From an uncultured Chloroflexia bacterium (GTDB taxonomy: Bacteria; Chloroflexota; Dehalococcoidia; DSTF01; JACRBR01), in contig OY969567.1 in NCBI GenBank assembly GCA_963701135.1, positions 2,113,847 to 2,177,846 of the forward strand: a stretch of 64,000 nucleotides of DNA, in the 5' to 3' direction. Shown here piece after piece: positions 18,729 to 33,374 of the stretch. Both the position numbers and the translations under genes were made by a program. The first letter of the stretch is position 1. Each line of letters opens with the position of its first letter. The notes below the pieces were generated by a model. It did not search any database. It was not told where the DNA came from and saw nothing but the letters and a program-made list of their open reading frames with translations.

Positions 18729-19544
18729 TCAATACACATCCCTGATTTCGAACCGCGGCCCGTCTTTGCAGACGAGCTTCATGGCGCGGCCGCCGCGGAC
18801 GCGCACCTCGACGGCGCAGCCGTAGCAGATGCCGGTGCCGCAGCCCATGCGCTCTTCGAGCAGCGCCTGGACGGAGCGGCGCGCCTTCGCCTTGCGGGCG
18901 GTCTCGGCGAGCGCACGAAACATGGGCGTGGGCCCGCAGGTGAACGCCTGGTCGCACCACTCCAGCAACTCGGCGAAGGGTTCGGTGACAAAGCCCTTGC
19001 GGCCGGCCGAGCCGTCGTCGGTCGTGACGACGACCTCCACTTCTGGCGGCAGGAGTTTCGCCGGGTAGAGGAGGCCGGCCGAACGAGCGCCGATGATCAT
19101 CGTCACGTTGAGGTGCTTCGCGACGGCCTGGTCGGCGAGCCAGACGAGCGGGGCCACGCCGATGCCGCCCGCGACGAGCAGCAGGTTGCGCGAGGTGCGG
19201 CCGACCTTGTAGCCGGTGCCCAGCGGGCCCCAGCAATACACGCGGTCGCCGGGTTGACGTCGCGCGAGCCAGCCGGTACCGCGGCCGACGACGACGTACA
19301 GGATGGCCCATTCGGGGCCGTGGGCGCCGTCGCGCACGCGGTAGTAGCTCATCGGGCGGGGGAGCAGCGGGTCGTCGGCGTGGCCGGCGCCGCCGTCCGC
19401 GTACGCGGCGTCGTCGGAGCAACGGAGCATCACGAACTGGCCGGGGTATGCGCCGTGCGCCAGCTCGGGCGCGCGAAACCACGTGACGTACGTGCTGCCG
19501 TACAGCCGCTCGTTCTCGACGACCTCCGCGTAGCCGGTCTTCAT
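18729..19544 (-). CDS. pyrK: dihydroorotate dehydrogenase electron-transfer subunit
   Basis: Intact 271-aa ORF with an FAD/NAD-binding fold (..RPMSYY.., ..LVAGGIGVAPL..) and a C-terminal 2Fe-2S motif CGTGICYGCAV. It is the last gene of the pyr operon. Confidence 0.85.
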   Translation of the reverse strand: MKTGYAEVVENERLYGSTYVTWFRAPELAHGAYPGQFVMLRCSDDAAYADGGAGHADDPLLPRPMSYYRVRDGAHGPEWAILYVVVGRGTGWLARRQPGDRVYCWGPLGTGYKVGRTSRNLLLVAGGIGVAPLVWLADQAVAKHLNVTMIIGARSAGLLYPAKLLPPEVEVVVTTDDGSAGRKGFVTEPFAELLEWCDQAFTCGPTPMFRALAETARKAKARRSVQALLEERMGCGTGICYGCAVEVRVRGGRAMKLVCKDGPRFEIRDVY

Positions 19545-19566
19545 GTTCGCGCGCTCATCCTTCGAC

Positions 19567-20732
19567 TCAAGCCAGGTATCCGATAGCGATGCCGCTAACA
19601 GCGGCGAACGCGAGCGCCGGCAGCGGGCCGTAGCGCCACGCCAGCGCGAAGGCGGCGACCGCGATCGCGGCGGTCCAGCCGCCGGTGATGGCGTCGCGCC
19701 CCAACTGGGCGGAGACGGCGGCGATGGTGCCGACGACGGCCGGGGCGACGCCCTTCAGGAACGCCGTCGCCATGTTCCACGAACGGACGCGCTCGAGGAA
19801 GGTGCCGGCGCCTATTGCGAAGACGAACGCCGGCGCAAAGACGGCGACCGTCGCGACGATTGCGCCGGCGAGGCCGCCGGCGGCATAACCGACGAACGTC
19901 GCGGTGATGATGATCGGACCCGGCGTGGCCTGGCCGAGCGCCACGCCATCGAGGAACTGCTGCTGGGTGAGCCAACCGTGCTGCTTCGTCACGCTGTCCT
20001 GGATCAGCGGGATGAGGACGTAGCCGCCGCCGAAGAGCAACCCGCCGGCGCGGAGGAAGACGAGCGTGAGGCTTCCGAGGGCGCCGGGCTGCCACGTGAA
20101 GAACGCGGCCGCGAGCGGCAGCGCCAAGAGCGGCCACGGGGCGACCACGCGCAGCGGCAGCCGCGGGTAGTCGCCGGGGCCGGCATAGAGGGCCACACCG
20201 GCGAGCCCGGCCGCGATCAGGATCAGCGGCTCCCAGCCGGTGAAGGCATACGCGAGCGCTCCGGCCGCGGCCATCAGCGCCAGTTGGGGCACGTCGCGTA
20301 CGGACGCCTTGAACAGCCGCCAGAGCGTGACGGCGAGGATCGCGATCACCGCCGGCTTGATGCCGTCGAAGACGTCGCTGATGGCCGCGACGCCCGTCCA
20401 GCGGAAGTACGCCCAGCTCAGCACGACCATCATCAGGAACGCCGGCGCGATGAACGTCGCGCCCGCGACGACGGCGCCGGGTACGCCGGCGCGACGGTAG
20501 CCGACGTGGACCGCCATCTCGGTGGAGTTGGGTCCGGGGATGATGTTCGTCGCCGCAAGCGCATCGACGAACTGCTGGCGCGGCATCCAGCCGCGCTTCC
20601 TGACGACTTCGTCCTCGAGCAGCGCGATGTGCGCGGTGGGGCCGCCGAAACCGACGACGCCCAGCTTGCCAAACAGCCGCAGCAACTCGCCGATGCTGCC
20701 TTGCGCCGGCGCCTCGGCGTGAGACGGTGTGG

Positions 20733-20736
<4 letters not shown>
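19567..20736 (-). CDS. chrA: chromate transporter (ChrA family, two CHR domains)
   Basis: Intact frame at the C-terminal end of the 1092-aa composite ORF: ..[35 protein letters not shown].. and ..[33 protein letters not shown]... The GTG start overlaps the carB stop (GTGA). Confidence 0.85.
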
Positions 20737-24046
<3,310 letters not shown>

Positions 24047-24086
24047 GCGCTACGGGAATCCAGGACTGCGATCTTGCCGTTGGGCA

Positions 24087-24578
24087 TCAGCGCCGCCTCG
24101 CGGCAGCGCGCTGACGCTGTTCTCGTTGTTCGGGCAGCACACGCATACCGCCGAGATGGCCCGCGACGAGGCAGCCGGCGACGAACGCGGCCGCCATCAT
24201 CGCGGCGAATGATGCGTACACGGGCACGGGCGTCGACGTGAGCATGTACGCCAGCACGGCGTTCGCGGCGCCGGCGATGCCGAATCCGACGGCATAGCCC
24301 GGCCACTCCGTGATCCAGTCGCCCGACCAGCGCCAGGCGAAGACGCCGAGCGCGACGCCGGCAGCGCCGACGGCGATCGCCAGCACCCAGCCACCGAGCC
24401 AGTAGAACAGCGCCGCCGAGCGGTCGTCGCCCCAGAGGGCGAACGGGAGCACGCACGCCGTGACGAAGAGGACCGGCCCGGCGATCATCGCCATGGCGGC
24501 GACGCACTGGCCGCCGAAGGCCAGCCGACCGTACACGTCGATGCTCTTCATCACCGAATCGAGACGCAGCTCGTTCAT
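24087..24578 (-). CDS. hypothetical polytopic membrane protein
   Basis: Intact 163-aa ORF with 4-5 hydrophobic helices and an Arg-rich tail. I recognise no family. Confidence 0.45.
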   Translation of the reverse strand: MNELRLDSVMKSIDVYGRLAFGGQCVAAMAMIAGPVLFVTACVLPFALWGDDRSAALFYWLGGWVLAIAVGAAGVALGVFAWRWSGDWITEWPGYAVGFGIAGAANAVLAYMLTSTPVPVYASFAAMMAAAFVAGCLVAGHLGGMRVLPEQREQRQRAAARRR

Positions 24579-24613
24579 CCGCCCCCCGCGCTAACAGCGC
24601 AGCGCGTCGCAAC

Positions 24614-25087
24614 CTAGACCAGCGGAAGCTCGAAGCGGGCTTCCGGATTGTAGATGGGCACGAGCGCGCCGATGCTGCTCAGGAACGTCAGCGCGACCTC
24701 GTTGTCCTGCGGCAGGCGGCCGCGGATGCGCTTGTAGCCCTTGTCGCGCGCGAACCCGAGCGCGTACTCCGCGAGCGCGGTACCGATGCCGCGGCGGCGC
24801 ACCTCGGGCAGCATCCAGACGCCGAGCACGACCGTGTCGGGCTCGATCGTGTTGTAGTCGAGCGCGCCGAAACCGACGACGCGGCCGTCGATGATCGCAA
24901 GGAAGACGCCGCCTTCGCCGCCGAGGCGGCTGAGCCAGGTGCGCACCTCGTCGGGCGTCAGCGCGTGGTCGAAGCCGACGGGGTTGGGCTCCTCGCGCAC
25001 CGTCCGGATGACGTTCGAAATAGCTTCGGCGTCGTTAACGTTCGCCTGCCGGTAGGTCGGTTCTGTCTGTACGTTCGTGTCGCTCAT
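24614..25087 (-). CDS. GNAT-family N-acetyltransferase
   Basis: Intact 157-aa ORF with acetyl-CoA motif A ..VWMLPEVRRRGIGTALAEYAL... Confidence 0.8.
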   Translation of the reverse strand: MSDTNVQTEPTYRQANVNDAEAISNVIRTVREEPNPVGFDHALTPDEVRTWLSRLGGEGGVFLAIIDGRVVGFGALDYNTIEPDTVVLGVWMLPEVRRRGIGTALAEYALGFARDKGYKRIRGRLPQDNEVALTFLSSIGALVPIYNPEARFELPLV

Positions 25088-25138
25088 GACGGCCTCCCGC
25101 CTGTTGATGAGATGCCCGCCGCGTGGCGGGAGTCGCGC

Positions 25139-26237
25139 TTACGCGGTCGCCTTCGTGCTGTTCACCATGTCCAGGAAGCGCTCGAACAGGTACAGGTTGT
25201 CGAGCGGCCCCGGCGACGCCTCGGAGTGGTACTGGATGGTCATGATAGGCTCGCGCTCGTGGCGCAAACCCTCGACCGTGCCGTCGTTGACGTTGCGGTG
25301 GCTCACCGCGACGTCCGCGGCGAGCCCCGCGTCACCGATGGCGTACCCGTGGTTCTGCGCCGTGATGTAGACGCGGCCGGTGGCTTCGTCGCGCACGGGG
25401 TGGTTAGCGCCGCGGTGGCCGAACTTCAGCTTGAACGAGCGGGCGCCGAACACGGCGCCGAGCACCTGGTGGCCGAGACAAATCCCCATCATCGGCACCT
25501 TCCCGACGAGCCCGCCGGCGGTCTTCACCGCGTAGTCCAGCAGCGCCGGATCGCCGGGCCCGGGCGACAGGAGCACGCCATCGGGCCGCATCGCCAGGAT
25601 GTCTTCGGCCGTCGTGTGGCACGGGACGGCGGTCGGGGCGCAGCCGAGGCGGTGGAGGACGCGCAGGATATTGTACTTGACGCCGAGGTCGAGGACGACG
25701 ATATGCGGGCCCGTCCGCGGCTCATCGCCGCCGGGATAATCGTACGGTTGGCGCGTGCTGACCCACGGCACGAGGTCGGTGCTGCCGTAGCGCGGCATCT
25801 CGGCGAGGCGGGCGAGGGCCTGCTCGGGGGTCTCGTCGTGCGTCACCATGCCCATCATGACGCCGCCGGTGCGCAGCTTGCGCGTCAGCGCGCGCGTGTC
25901 GACGCCGGCGATGCCGGGGACGCCGTTCTCCAGGAGGTAGTCGTGGAGCGTGCGCTTCGAGCGCCAGTGGCTCGGCACGGCGCAGTCCTCGCGCACGACG
26001 AACGCGCGCACCTGGATGCGGCGCGACTCGACGTCGTACTCATTGATGCCGTAGTTGCCCTGCAGCGGATACGTCATCACGAGCACCTGCTCGGCGAACG
26101 ACGGATCGGTGAGCGCTTCCTGGTAGCCGGTCATCGCCGTGCAGAAGACGACCTCGCCGTGGGCGCTGACCGGCGCGCCGATCGGGGTCGCCGGTGAACA
26201 CGGCGCCGTCTTCGAGCACGAGGAGGGCTTTAGGCAC
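25139..26237 (-). CDS. carA: carbamoyl-phosphate synthase small (glutaminase) subunit, frameshifted near the 5-prime end
   Basis: The 331-aa ORF has ..GICLGHQVLG.. (catalytic Cys) and ..IQYHSEASPGP... The true N-terminus MPKALLVLEDGAVFTG.. is in another frame (ORF 26040..26237) and overlaps the pyrC stop. Confidence 0.9.
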
Positions 26238-27594
26238 GGGCGCCTCCGGCGGCGGGCGCAGCAGGCTGCGCCCCTAGAGCGTCATGCACCACGCGTCCGC
26301 CGGCGATCGTCGCCACAACCGCACCCTTGAGGGTGACACCGCCGAGCGGCGTATTCTTCCCCTTCGACGCGAAGCGCTCCGGTTCGACGACCCACTCCGC
26401 GGCGGGGTCGAGGAGCACGACGTCGGCGGGCGCGCCGGCGGCGAGCGTGCCGATGCGGGGGACGTGACGGTCGAGGGCGAGCGCGCGCGCCGGGCCCGCG
26501 GTGAGCCGCTCGATGAGCACGGGCAGCGTGAGTTTGCCATCGTGCACGAGGCGCATGCAGAGCCCGAACGCCGTCTCAAGACCGCTGATGCCGAACGCGG
26601 CGTCATCGAACTCGCACAGCTTCTCGATGACGGCGTGCGGCGCGTGGTCGGTGGCGATGCAGTCAATCGTGCCGTCGGCAAGCGCCTCGACACAGGCATC
26701 GACGTCCTCTTGCGAGCGCAGCGGCGGGTTGACCTTGGCGTTGGCGTCATAGAGCAGCGCGTCGCCGCCAAGCGCGCCGAAGGCGACGATCTCGTCGGTG
26801 AGCGTGAGGTGATGCGGCGTCACCTCGGCGGTGACGTGCACGCCGCGCGCCTTCGCGCGCCGGATGGCATCGACCGCGCCGCGCGTGCTCACGTGCGCGA
26901 TGTGGACGTGCGCGCCGGTCGCCTCGGCGAGCGCGATGTCGCGCGTGACGGCCGACTCCTCGGCCGCGGCAGGCGCCGCGCGCAGGCCGAGGCGCGTCGA
27001 CACCCAGCCCTCGTGCATGACGGCGTCCTGCGCCAACGACTTCTCCTCGCAGTGGTCAATGATCGGCAGTGCGAAGGCGCTCGCGTACTCGAGCGCGCGC
27101 CGCATGAGCGTGGCGTCGTGCACCGGCGCACCGTCGTCGCTGAAGCCGACGCAGCCTGCCGCGGCGAGATCGCCGAGTTCGGCGAGCTCCTTGCCGGCGC
27201 GGCCCTTGCTCACGGCGCCGATGGGCAGCACCCGCACGTGGCCGCGCTCCGCCGCCTGCCGCAGCACGTATTCGACGACCGAGCGGTTGTCCATCGCCGG
27301 TTCGGTGTTGGGCATTGCGCAGACCGTCGTGAAGCCGCCGCGCGCCGCCGCCCTCGTCCCCGACTCGATGTCTTCCTTGTATTCGAGGCCCGGGTCGCGC
27401 AGATGCGCGTGCAGGTCGATGAAGCCGGGCGCAACGACGAGGCCCGTGGCGTCGATCTCGCGCGCACCCGTTGCGGCGATGTCGCCCCCGACTTGCGCGA
27501 TGCGGCCGTCCTCGATCAGCACGTCAGTCGTTATGTCGAGCTGATTGGCCGGATCGAGCACGCGGCCGCCCCGGATGACGATACGCTCGCTCAC
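26230..27594 (-). CDS. pyrC: dihydroorotase
   Basis: Intact 454-aa ORF with ..FIDLHAHLRDPG.. (metal-binding HxH), ..HVHIAHVST.. and ..IATDHAPH... Confidence 0.9.
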   Translation of the reverse strand: MSERIVIRGGRVLDPANQLDITTDVLIEDGRIAQVGGDIAATGAREIDATGLVVAPGFIDLHAHLRDPGLEYKEDIESGTRAAARGGFTTVCAMPNTEPAMDNRSVVEYVLRQAAERGHVRVLPIGAVSKGRAGKELAELGDLAAAGCVGFSDDGAPVHDATLMRRALEYASAFALPIIDHCEEKSLAQDAVMHEGWVSTRLGLRAAPAAAEESAVTRDIALAEATGAHVHIAHVSTRGAVDAIRRAKARGVHVTAEVTPHHLTLTDEIVAFGALGGDALLYDANAKVNPPLRSQEDVDACVEALADGTIDCIATDHAPHAVIEKLCEFDDAAFGISGLETAFGLCMRLVHDGKLTLPVLIERLTAGPARALALDRHVPRIGTLAAGAPADVVLLDPAAEWVVEPERFASKGKNTPLGGVTLKGAVVATIAGGRVVHDALGAQPAAPAAGGARA

Positions 27595-28640
27595 AGCGAC
27601 CCCCTAGCGGATGCGCGCGAGGCCCGCGCGCTCGCCGTCCTCGTGATGAGCCAGAGCACCGCCATACGGACGGCGACGCCGTTCGTCACCTGCTCCTCGA
27701 CGTGCGACTGGAGGCCGTGCGCCACGTCGTGGCTGATCTCGACGCCCTCGTTCATCGGGCCCGGGTGCATGACGAGCGCACCCGGCTTCGCGCGCGCCAG
27801 CCGCTCGGCGTTCACCTGGTACAGCCGGGAGTATTCGCGGGCGCCGGGCACGAAGCCGCCGTGCATGCGTTCGAGCTGCATCCGCAGCGCCATCACCACG
27901 TCGGCGCCCTCGATCGCGCGGTCGAGGTCCGTCTCGACGCGCACCGGCGGCAGGCGGCCCTCGGTGTCGCGGCCCAGCCCGGCGGGGATGAGCGTGGGAG
28001 GCGCGCAGAGCGTGACGTCGGCGCCGAGCGCGGTCAGCGACCACAGGTTGGAGCGGGCGACGCGGCTGTGCAGCACGTCGCCGACGATGACGACGCGCTT
28101 GCCCCGCACGTCGCCGAGCGATGTGCGCATGGTGTAGAGGTCGAGCAGCGCCTGCGTGGGGTGCGCGTGCAGGCCGTCGCCGGCGTTGACGACGCTGCAA
28201 CGCGCGTGGCGGGCTGCCAGGTACGGAGCGCCGGAGCGGTTGTGGCGCATCACCAGCACGTCGGCGCCGACCGCCTGCAGCGTCTTGACGGTATCGACGA
28301 GCGACTCGCCCTTGGTAACGCTGCTGCCGGATGCGGAGACGTTGATCACGTCGGCGCCGAGCACCTTTCCCGCGAGCTCGAAGGACGCGCGCGTGCGCGT
28401 GCTGTTCTCGTAGAAGAGCGTGACGATCGTCGTGCCGCGGAGCGCGGGCACGCGCGGGACCTCGCGCGACAGCACTTCCTTCATCGCGTCGGTCGTGTTC
28501 ATCACGAGGTCGAGCTCATCGACGGTGAAATCGTCGAGGTCGAGCAGGTGGCGGCGGCGCCACGCGGCCTCCTCGGCGCCGGGGGCGGCGAGCGGCGCGG
28601 CGACGTCGGCGCGGGGCTCGGGCGGCCTGATCGTGGTCAT
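27591..28640 (-). CDS. pyrB: aspartate carbamoyltransferase catalytic subunit
   Basis: Intact ORF with ..[13 protein letters not shown].. (STRTR), ..[10 protein letters not shown].. (HPTQ) and ..VMHPGPMN.. (HPxP). Confidence 0.9.
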   Translation of the reverse strand: MTTIRPPEPRADVAAPLAAPGAEEAAWRRRHLLDLDDFTVDELDLVMNTTDAMKEVLSREVPRVPALRGTTIVTLFYENSTRTRASFELAGKVLGADVINVSASGSSVTKGESLVDTVKTLQAVGADVLVMRHNRSGAPYLAARHARCSVVNAGDGLHAHPTQALLDLYTMRTSLGDVRGKRVVIVGDVLHSRVARSNLWSLTALGADVTLCAPPTLIPAGLGRDTEGRLPPVRVETDLDRAIEGADVVMALRMQLERMHGGFVPGAREYSRLYQVNAERLARAKPGALVMHPGPMNEGVEISHDVAHGLQSHVEEQVTNGVAVRMAVLWLITRTASARASRASARGSL

Positions 28641-29209
28641 CGGAATGCCTCTCTCCCCGGCGAGCCTTCGGCCGCTTCTTCGGCCGCGGCGACGCGCACG
28701 TACTCTTCGCCGTCGATCTCGCCGAGCCGGACCTGCACGTCGTCCGCGCGCGACGTCGGAATGTTCTTGCCGACGAAGTCGGCGCGTATCGGCAGCTCGC
28801 GGTGGCCGCGGTCGACGAGCACGGCGAGCTGGATGCGCCGCGGCCGGCCGTAGTCGATGAGCGCGTCGAGCGCGGCGCGCACCGTGCGGCCGGTGTACAG
28901 CACGTCGTCGATGAGCACGACGCGCTTGCCGGCGATGTCCGGCATCTCGCTCGGCTGGATGTTGACGGCCGGGCCGCGCTCCGTCAGGTCGTCGCGGTAG
29001 AGCCCGATATCGAGCGTGCCGACGGGGACCTGCTCACCCTCGAACTCGGCGATGGCGCGGGCGATGCGATGCGCGAGCGGCACGCCGCGCGTGAGCATGC
29101 CGACGAACACCAGGTCCTGGGTGCCGCGGTTGTGCTCGACGATCTCGTGGGCGATGCGGGTGACCGCACGCCGGATGTCGGCCGCGGACATGACGGTGGC
29201 GTCTCGCAT
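28637..29209 (-). CDS. pyrR: bifunctional pyrimidine operon attenuation protein / uracil phosphoribosyltransferase
   Basis: Intact ORF with ..[13 protein letters not shown].. and the PRPP motif ..[18 protein letters not shown]... It is the first gene of the operon and is preceded by the attenuator. Confidence 0.9.
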   Translation of the reverse strand: MRDATVMSAADIRRAVTRIAHEIVEHNRGTQDLVFVGMLTRGVPLAHRIARAIAEFEGEQVPVGTLDIGLYRDDLTERGPAVNIQPSEMPDIAGKRVVLIDDVLYTGRTVRAALDALIDYGRPRRIQLAVLVDRGHRELPIRADFVGKNIPTSRADDVQVRLGEIDGEEYVRVAAAEEAAEGSPGREAFR

Positions 29210-29210
29210 C

Positions 29211-29243
29211 AAAAAACCTCCTGCCCGGCGATCCGGGTGGAGG
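29211..29243 (-). terminator. attenuator terminator of the pyr leader (also sequesters the pyrR RBS)
   Basis: On the minus strand: cctcc-a-cccgg-atcg-ccggg-ca-ggagg followed by tttttt, immediately before the pyrR ATG. Confidence 0.6.
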
Positions 29244-29300
29244 TCGTGTACGGATGTGCATGCGCGCGCTGCGCCGGTTGCGGGCTATGTCATAATCGTG

Positions 29301-29335
29301 CCTTCCCGGCCTCACGGGACCGGATTAAAGGGTCA
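29301..29335 (-). promoter_or_regulatory. putative PyrR-binding (anti-antiterminator) stem-loop
   Basis: The minus strand reads ccuuuaaUCCGGUCCCGUGAGGCCGGGAaggcac. This resembles the PyrR binding-loop consensus (UUUAAUCC..G.GAGG) and lies about 60 nt upstream of the terminator. Confidence 0.5.
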
Positions 29336-29385
29336 GGACGTTACTGAATGATAGATCGCCGGACCGGCCTTCGGACAAGCGCCGC

Positions 29386-30663
29386 TCACACCCGCGCTCG
29401 CCGCTGCCAGACGGCCGCGCCGAGGGCCAGCACCACGACCAGCGAGATGAGGCGGTGGGCCACGACGGTGACCTCCGCGCCATCGAGCATGAGGTCGGCG
29501 GGGACGCGCGCGAGGAGCAGCGCATCGATGCCCCAGCGCACGGGGAGCGTGAGCTGCGGGAACTGCCATGCCGCGAACGCGGTCACGAAGACGCCGGCCG
29601 CCGCCGCGCCCCGCAGGATCGCCGCCGGGACGAAGCGCAGCCATTGCATCTTCTTCGGCAACACGAGCGACGGGATGCCGTCGGGCGCGAACGCCGTGAT
29701 GACGCCGAAGGCCGTGCATCATGAGGCCGCCCTGGAAGACGAGGAAACTGTCCTCCCAGAACGTCGGGCGCGAACTTCTTCTTGTAGTGGTTGAGCGAGC
29801 GGAAGCTGTAGATGAAGTTGGCTTTCATGCACAGCGCCCTGAACAGCAGCGTGAGCACGCGGAAGCGTCCGTACGGCTGCGCGGTCGCGCCCTGGAGCGG
29901 CGAGGTGCCGAGGCTCAGCAGGGCCAGACCGCCGGCCTTCGCGCCGCAGGCGCGCCTCCTCGATCAGCAGCTCGCGTCGTGCCGTACGGCGCGTCGTGGC
30001 GGCGAAGCTGCTCCTCGACGAACAGCATGCCGCGCGCGGCGGCCGGCGCGCACGTCATCGCGCCGACAACGCGCCCCTCGTGCCAGGCGATGAAGGTGCG
30101 CTTGCGGTCGCGCTGCGCGAAGGGGCGCGAACGCAGCAGGAAGCCCATCGGGCGGCGCCTGGCGATGCTCGAGCCAGTCTTCGGCGATCTCGCGGATCTC
30201 CGAGTCGATGGCCGGCGAAGGCTCGCGGTACTCCTCGACGGTGATGCCGGTGCGGCGCGCGAGGTTGATCGCCGAGCGGGCCTTCTTCGCGCCCTTGCCG
30301 CTCATGCTGTAGCGCTTCAGGTCGAAGAACGGCTCTTCGCCGATCTTGACGGCCTTGAAGCCCGAGGCCGGCGGCCACCTTTCCAACGCGCGCGCTGGCG
30401 CCGACGAACGTGAACCGCCACTTGCGTCCGGCGCAGTACTCGGCGAAACGGGTCAGCAGCGCCGGCAGGTCCGCTTCGGCGCAGACCGGGTCGCCGCAGG
30501 CTACGGCGGTGCCGCGATGCAGCTCGAAGGCGATGAAGCCATCGATGCCGGACGGCTCGAAGTAGCGCCAGCCATCGTAGAGCGTGAGCAGCGCCATCCC
30601 GTTGTACCCGTGGGTGTCGACCAGGCGCAGGCGGCGCTCCGATGCGCTCTCGTTCCGGCTCAT
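29386..30663 (-). CDS. DUF2156 (lysyl-phosphatidylglycerol synthase C-terminal-like) domain protein with C-terminal TM region, frameshifted as assembled
   Basis: Segments include MSRNESASERRLRLVDTHGYNGMALLTLYDGWRYFEPSGIDGFIAFELHRGTAVACGDPV.., ..FKAVKIGEEPFFDLKRYSMSGKGAKKARSAIN.. and ..FRSLNHYKKKFAPDV.. across at least 4 frames. Whether the terminal TM part (29386-29664) is fused is uncertain. Confidence 0.5.
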
Positions 30664-30854
30664 TTCGGCAGCATCTCCGCGATATGTCGCCTCGATGTGA
30701 GTCTACGCGATCGGCAGGGCGCGGGCAGCGGCGCTCGCCTGGAGATCGGGTGGCGGCCGATCTAGCGGGCCCCGCGAGTTGTCATAGAATTATCCTCGTA
30801 CCGCGGCCCGCTGTGTAAGCTGGCCTCAGGGTCTTGCAGTGCAAGGAGCCGCGC

Positions 30855-33358
30855 GTGACGCGGGCCGCTCTCATCCTGGCCTCGTTCGTCCGCCGACGGC
30901 CGGCCGCGCTCGTGGCAGGCGCGATGCTCGCCGCCCTCGCGCTTGTCGTTCGGCATCCCACGCCTGGAGTTCCGCACCGGCCAGGACACGCTGCTCGACC
31001 CCGGCTCCAAGATCGCCCGCGACAACGAGCGCTTCCAGCGCCAGTTCGGCGGCGACCCCATGCTCGATCCTGTTCGAGGCGCCGGCCGACGGCGCGCGAC
31101 ATCCGCGCAGCTCTTCACGCCGGAGAACCGCGACGACGCTGGCGCGCATGCAGCGCGACCTGGAGGCGACGGGCGACTTCCAGAGCGATCCTCACGCCGC
31201 TGACCGTCCTCGAGTTCGCGCAGACGCAGATCGCGCCAGCGCATGATCTCGCGAGCCGGCGAAGCTCGCCGCGGACCAGGCGCAAGCCGCGGACGACGCG
31301 CGCGCGGCGGCGTCGGCGGCGCGCGGCGAGACGCCGGCGCAGCAGGAAGCGGCCGCGCAGGCGGCGCAGCCAGAAGGTGGCCGACGAGTTCAACGCCGAG
31401 TTCGGCGCGGACGCGCAGGCGCTTCCTCGGCGTCGGCGACCAGACGCTCGACAACCCGAAGTTCGTCGAGTTCGTGATGTTCGGCGCCGACGGCAAGCTG
31501 CGCCCGGACTTCGCCGGCATCTTCCCGGACGACCGCCACGCGCTGATGGTCGCGCGCCTGAAGGGCAACCTCTCGATCGACGACGAGTCGCGCGTTGCGG
31601 CCGACGATGACGGACAGCGTGGCGGCGTACCAGTTCGACGGCGTCACGCTGCTGGCGTCCGGCTCGCCGCTGCTGATCAAGGAGATCAACGACAAGATGA
31701 AGAGCGCTCGTGCTGGTCATGGCGGTGCTCGCCGTCGTGATCATGGTCGTCGTGCTGTTCTCGATCTTCCGCGCGCGGTGGCGGCTGCTGTCGCTGCCGG
31801 CGGTGCTCATCGGCTGCGTCTCGGCGTTCGGGCTGATGGGCTTCCTGGCATCTGCCGCTGACGATGGTGACGATCTCCGGCCTGCCGATCCTCATCGGCC
31901 TCGGCGTCGACTTCGCGATCCAGGTGCACAGCCGGATCGAGGAAGAGACGACTGGCGGCGCGACTCGGCGGAGCGTCGGCCTCGACCGTACGTTCGCCCG
32001 GCTCGGGCCGGCGCTGGCGATGGCCGCGGGCCGCCGCCTGCATCGGCTTCATCGTGCTGCACCTGTCGCGCGTGCCGATGATCCGCGACTTCGGCTCGAT
32101 GCTGGCGGTGGGCGCGGTCATCGTCTTCGTCACGAGCATCGTGCTGGTGAGCGGCGTGCTGTACCTGCGCGAGCGCCAGCGCCTCGGTCCGACGGAAGCG
32201 CCGCGGGCCCGGTTCGAGGTCGAGCGGCTGGTCGGCGGGCTGACGGCGCGCACCGTCGGCAGGCTGCTGCCGATCGCGCTGATCGGCCGCGGTGGTCGCG
32301 ACCGTCGGGCTGTACGTGAGCCGGCAAGATCCCGACGCAGACGGACCCGGAGAAGTTCGTGCCGTCCGACAGCTCGGTGCTCGTCGACCTGCACAGCGTC
32401 CGCGACGTGGCCGGCTCGACGAGCGAGCTCGACCTGATCGTCGAGGTACCGGACGGGAAGCACGTCACGGACCAGGACGTGCTCGACTGGATGATCGGCG
32501 TTCGAGGAGCGGCAGAAGCAGCGAGCACCGCGAGCTGATGCAGTCGAACAGCCTCGCGTCGTTCACGAAGCTGGTGACGCGGCGACGCGCCGACGACGGC
32601 GCCGGCGGAGCAGGCGCTCGTCGGTGGCGCCGCAACCGCTGGTGGACGCCGTCGTCAGCGGCGACCGCACCATGGCCGCGATCACGTTCTCGCATCAGCG
32701 ACGACGGCATCGCTCGAGCGAGCGCAAGGCGATCACCGACGACGATCATCGCCGAAGCGCGCAGCCGCCGGACGGCGTCGCCGTCGCGCCGGCGGGGATC
32801 GCCGTGGTGGGCACGGAGACGGTGCGACGCGGTCAGCAGCAACCGCGACCTGATGTCGTTCGTCGCGGTCGCGGCGATCCTGGCGCTGCTGCTGGCGGTC
32901 TACCGGAATCCGCTGAAGGCGATCGCGCCGCTGCTGCCCGTCGTGCTCGCGCTGGGCGCGTCGGCGATGCTGCTGTACTTCACTGGGCATCGAGTACAGC
33001 CCGCTGACGTCGATCTCCGGGCCGCTGATCATCGCGATGGGCACCGAGTTCAACATCCTGCTGATGTCGCGTTACTTCGAGGAGCGCGAGGCGGGGCTCG
33101 ACCCGCGCGCACGCGATGAGCAAGGCGTCGCTGCGCATCGGCCGCGCGATCACGGCGTCGGGACTGACGGTGATGGGCGGGTTCGCGGTGCTGGCGTTCA
33201 GCGACTTCCCGCTGCTGGACAACTTCGGCAAGGTGACGGCGCTGAACATCGGCCTGAGCCTGCTGAGCACGCTGATCCTGCTGCCGCCGCTGCTCGTGTG
33301 GGCCGACGAGGAGCACCGCGTTCGCCGCGATGCCCGGGCGAGGCGGTCGACGGAGTAG
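30855..33358 (+). CDS. MMPL/RND-superfamily membrane transporter, multiply frameshifted as assembled
   Basis: GTG 30855 follows AAGGAG. Segments include ..FGIPRLEFRTGQDTLLDPGSKIARDNERFQRQFGGDPML.., ..GSPLLIKEINDKM.., ..ISGLPILIGLGVDFAIQVHSRIEEE.. and ..ISGPLIIAMGTEFNILLMSRYFEERE..GFAVLAFSDFPLL... Confidence 0.75.
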
Positions 33359-33374
33359 CGCGCCGGCAGTTCGG

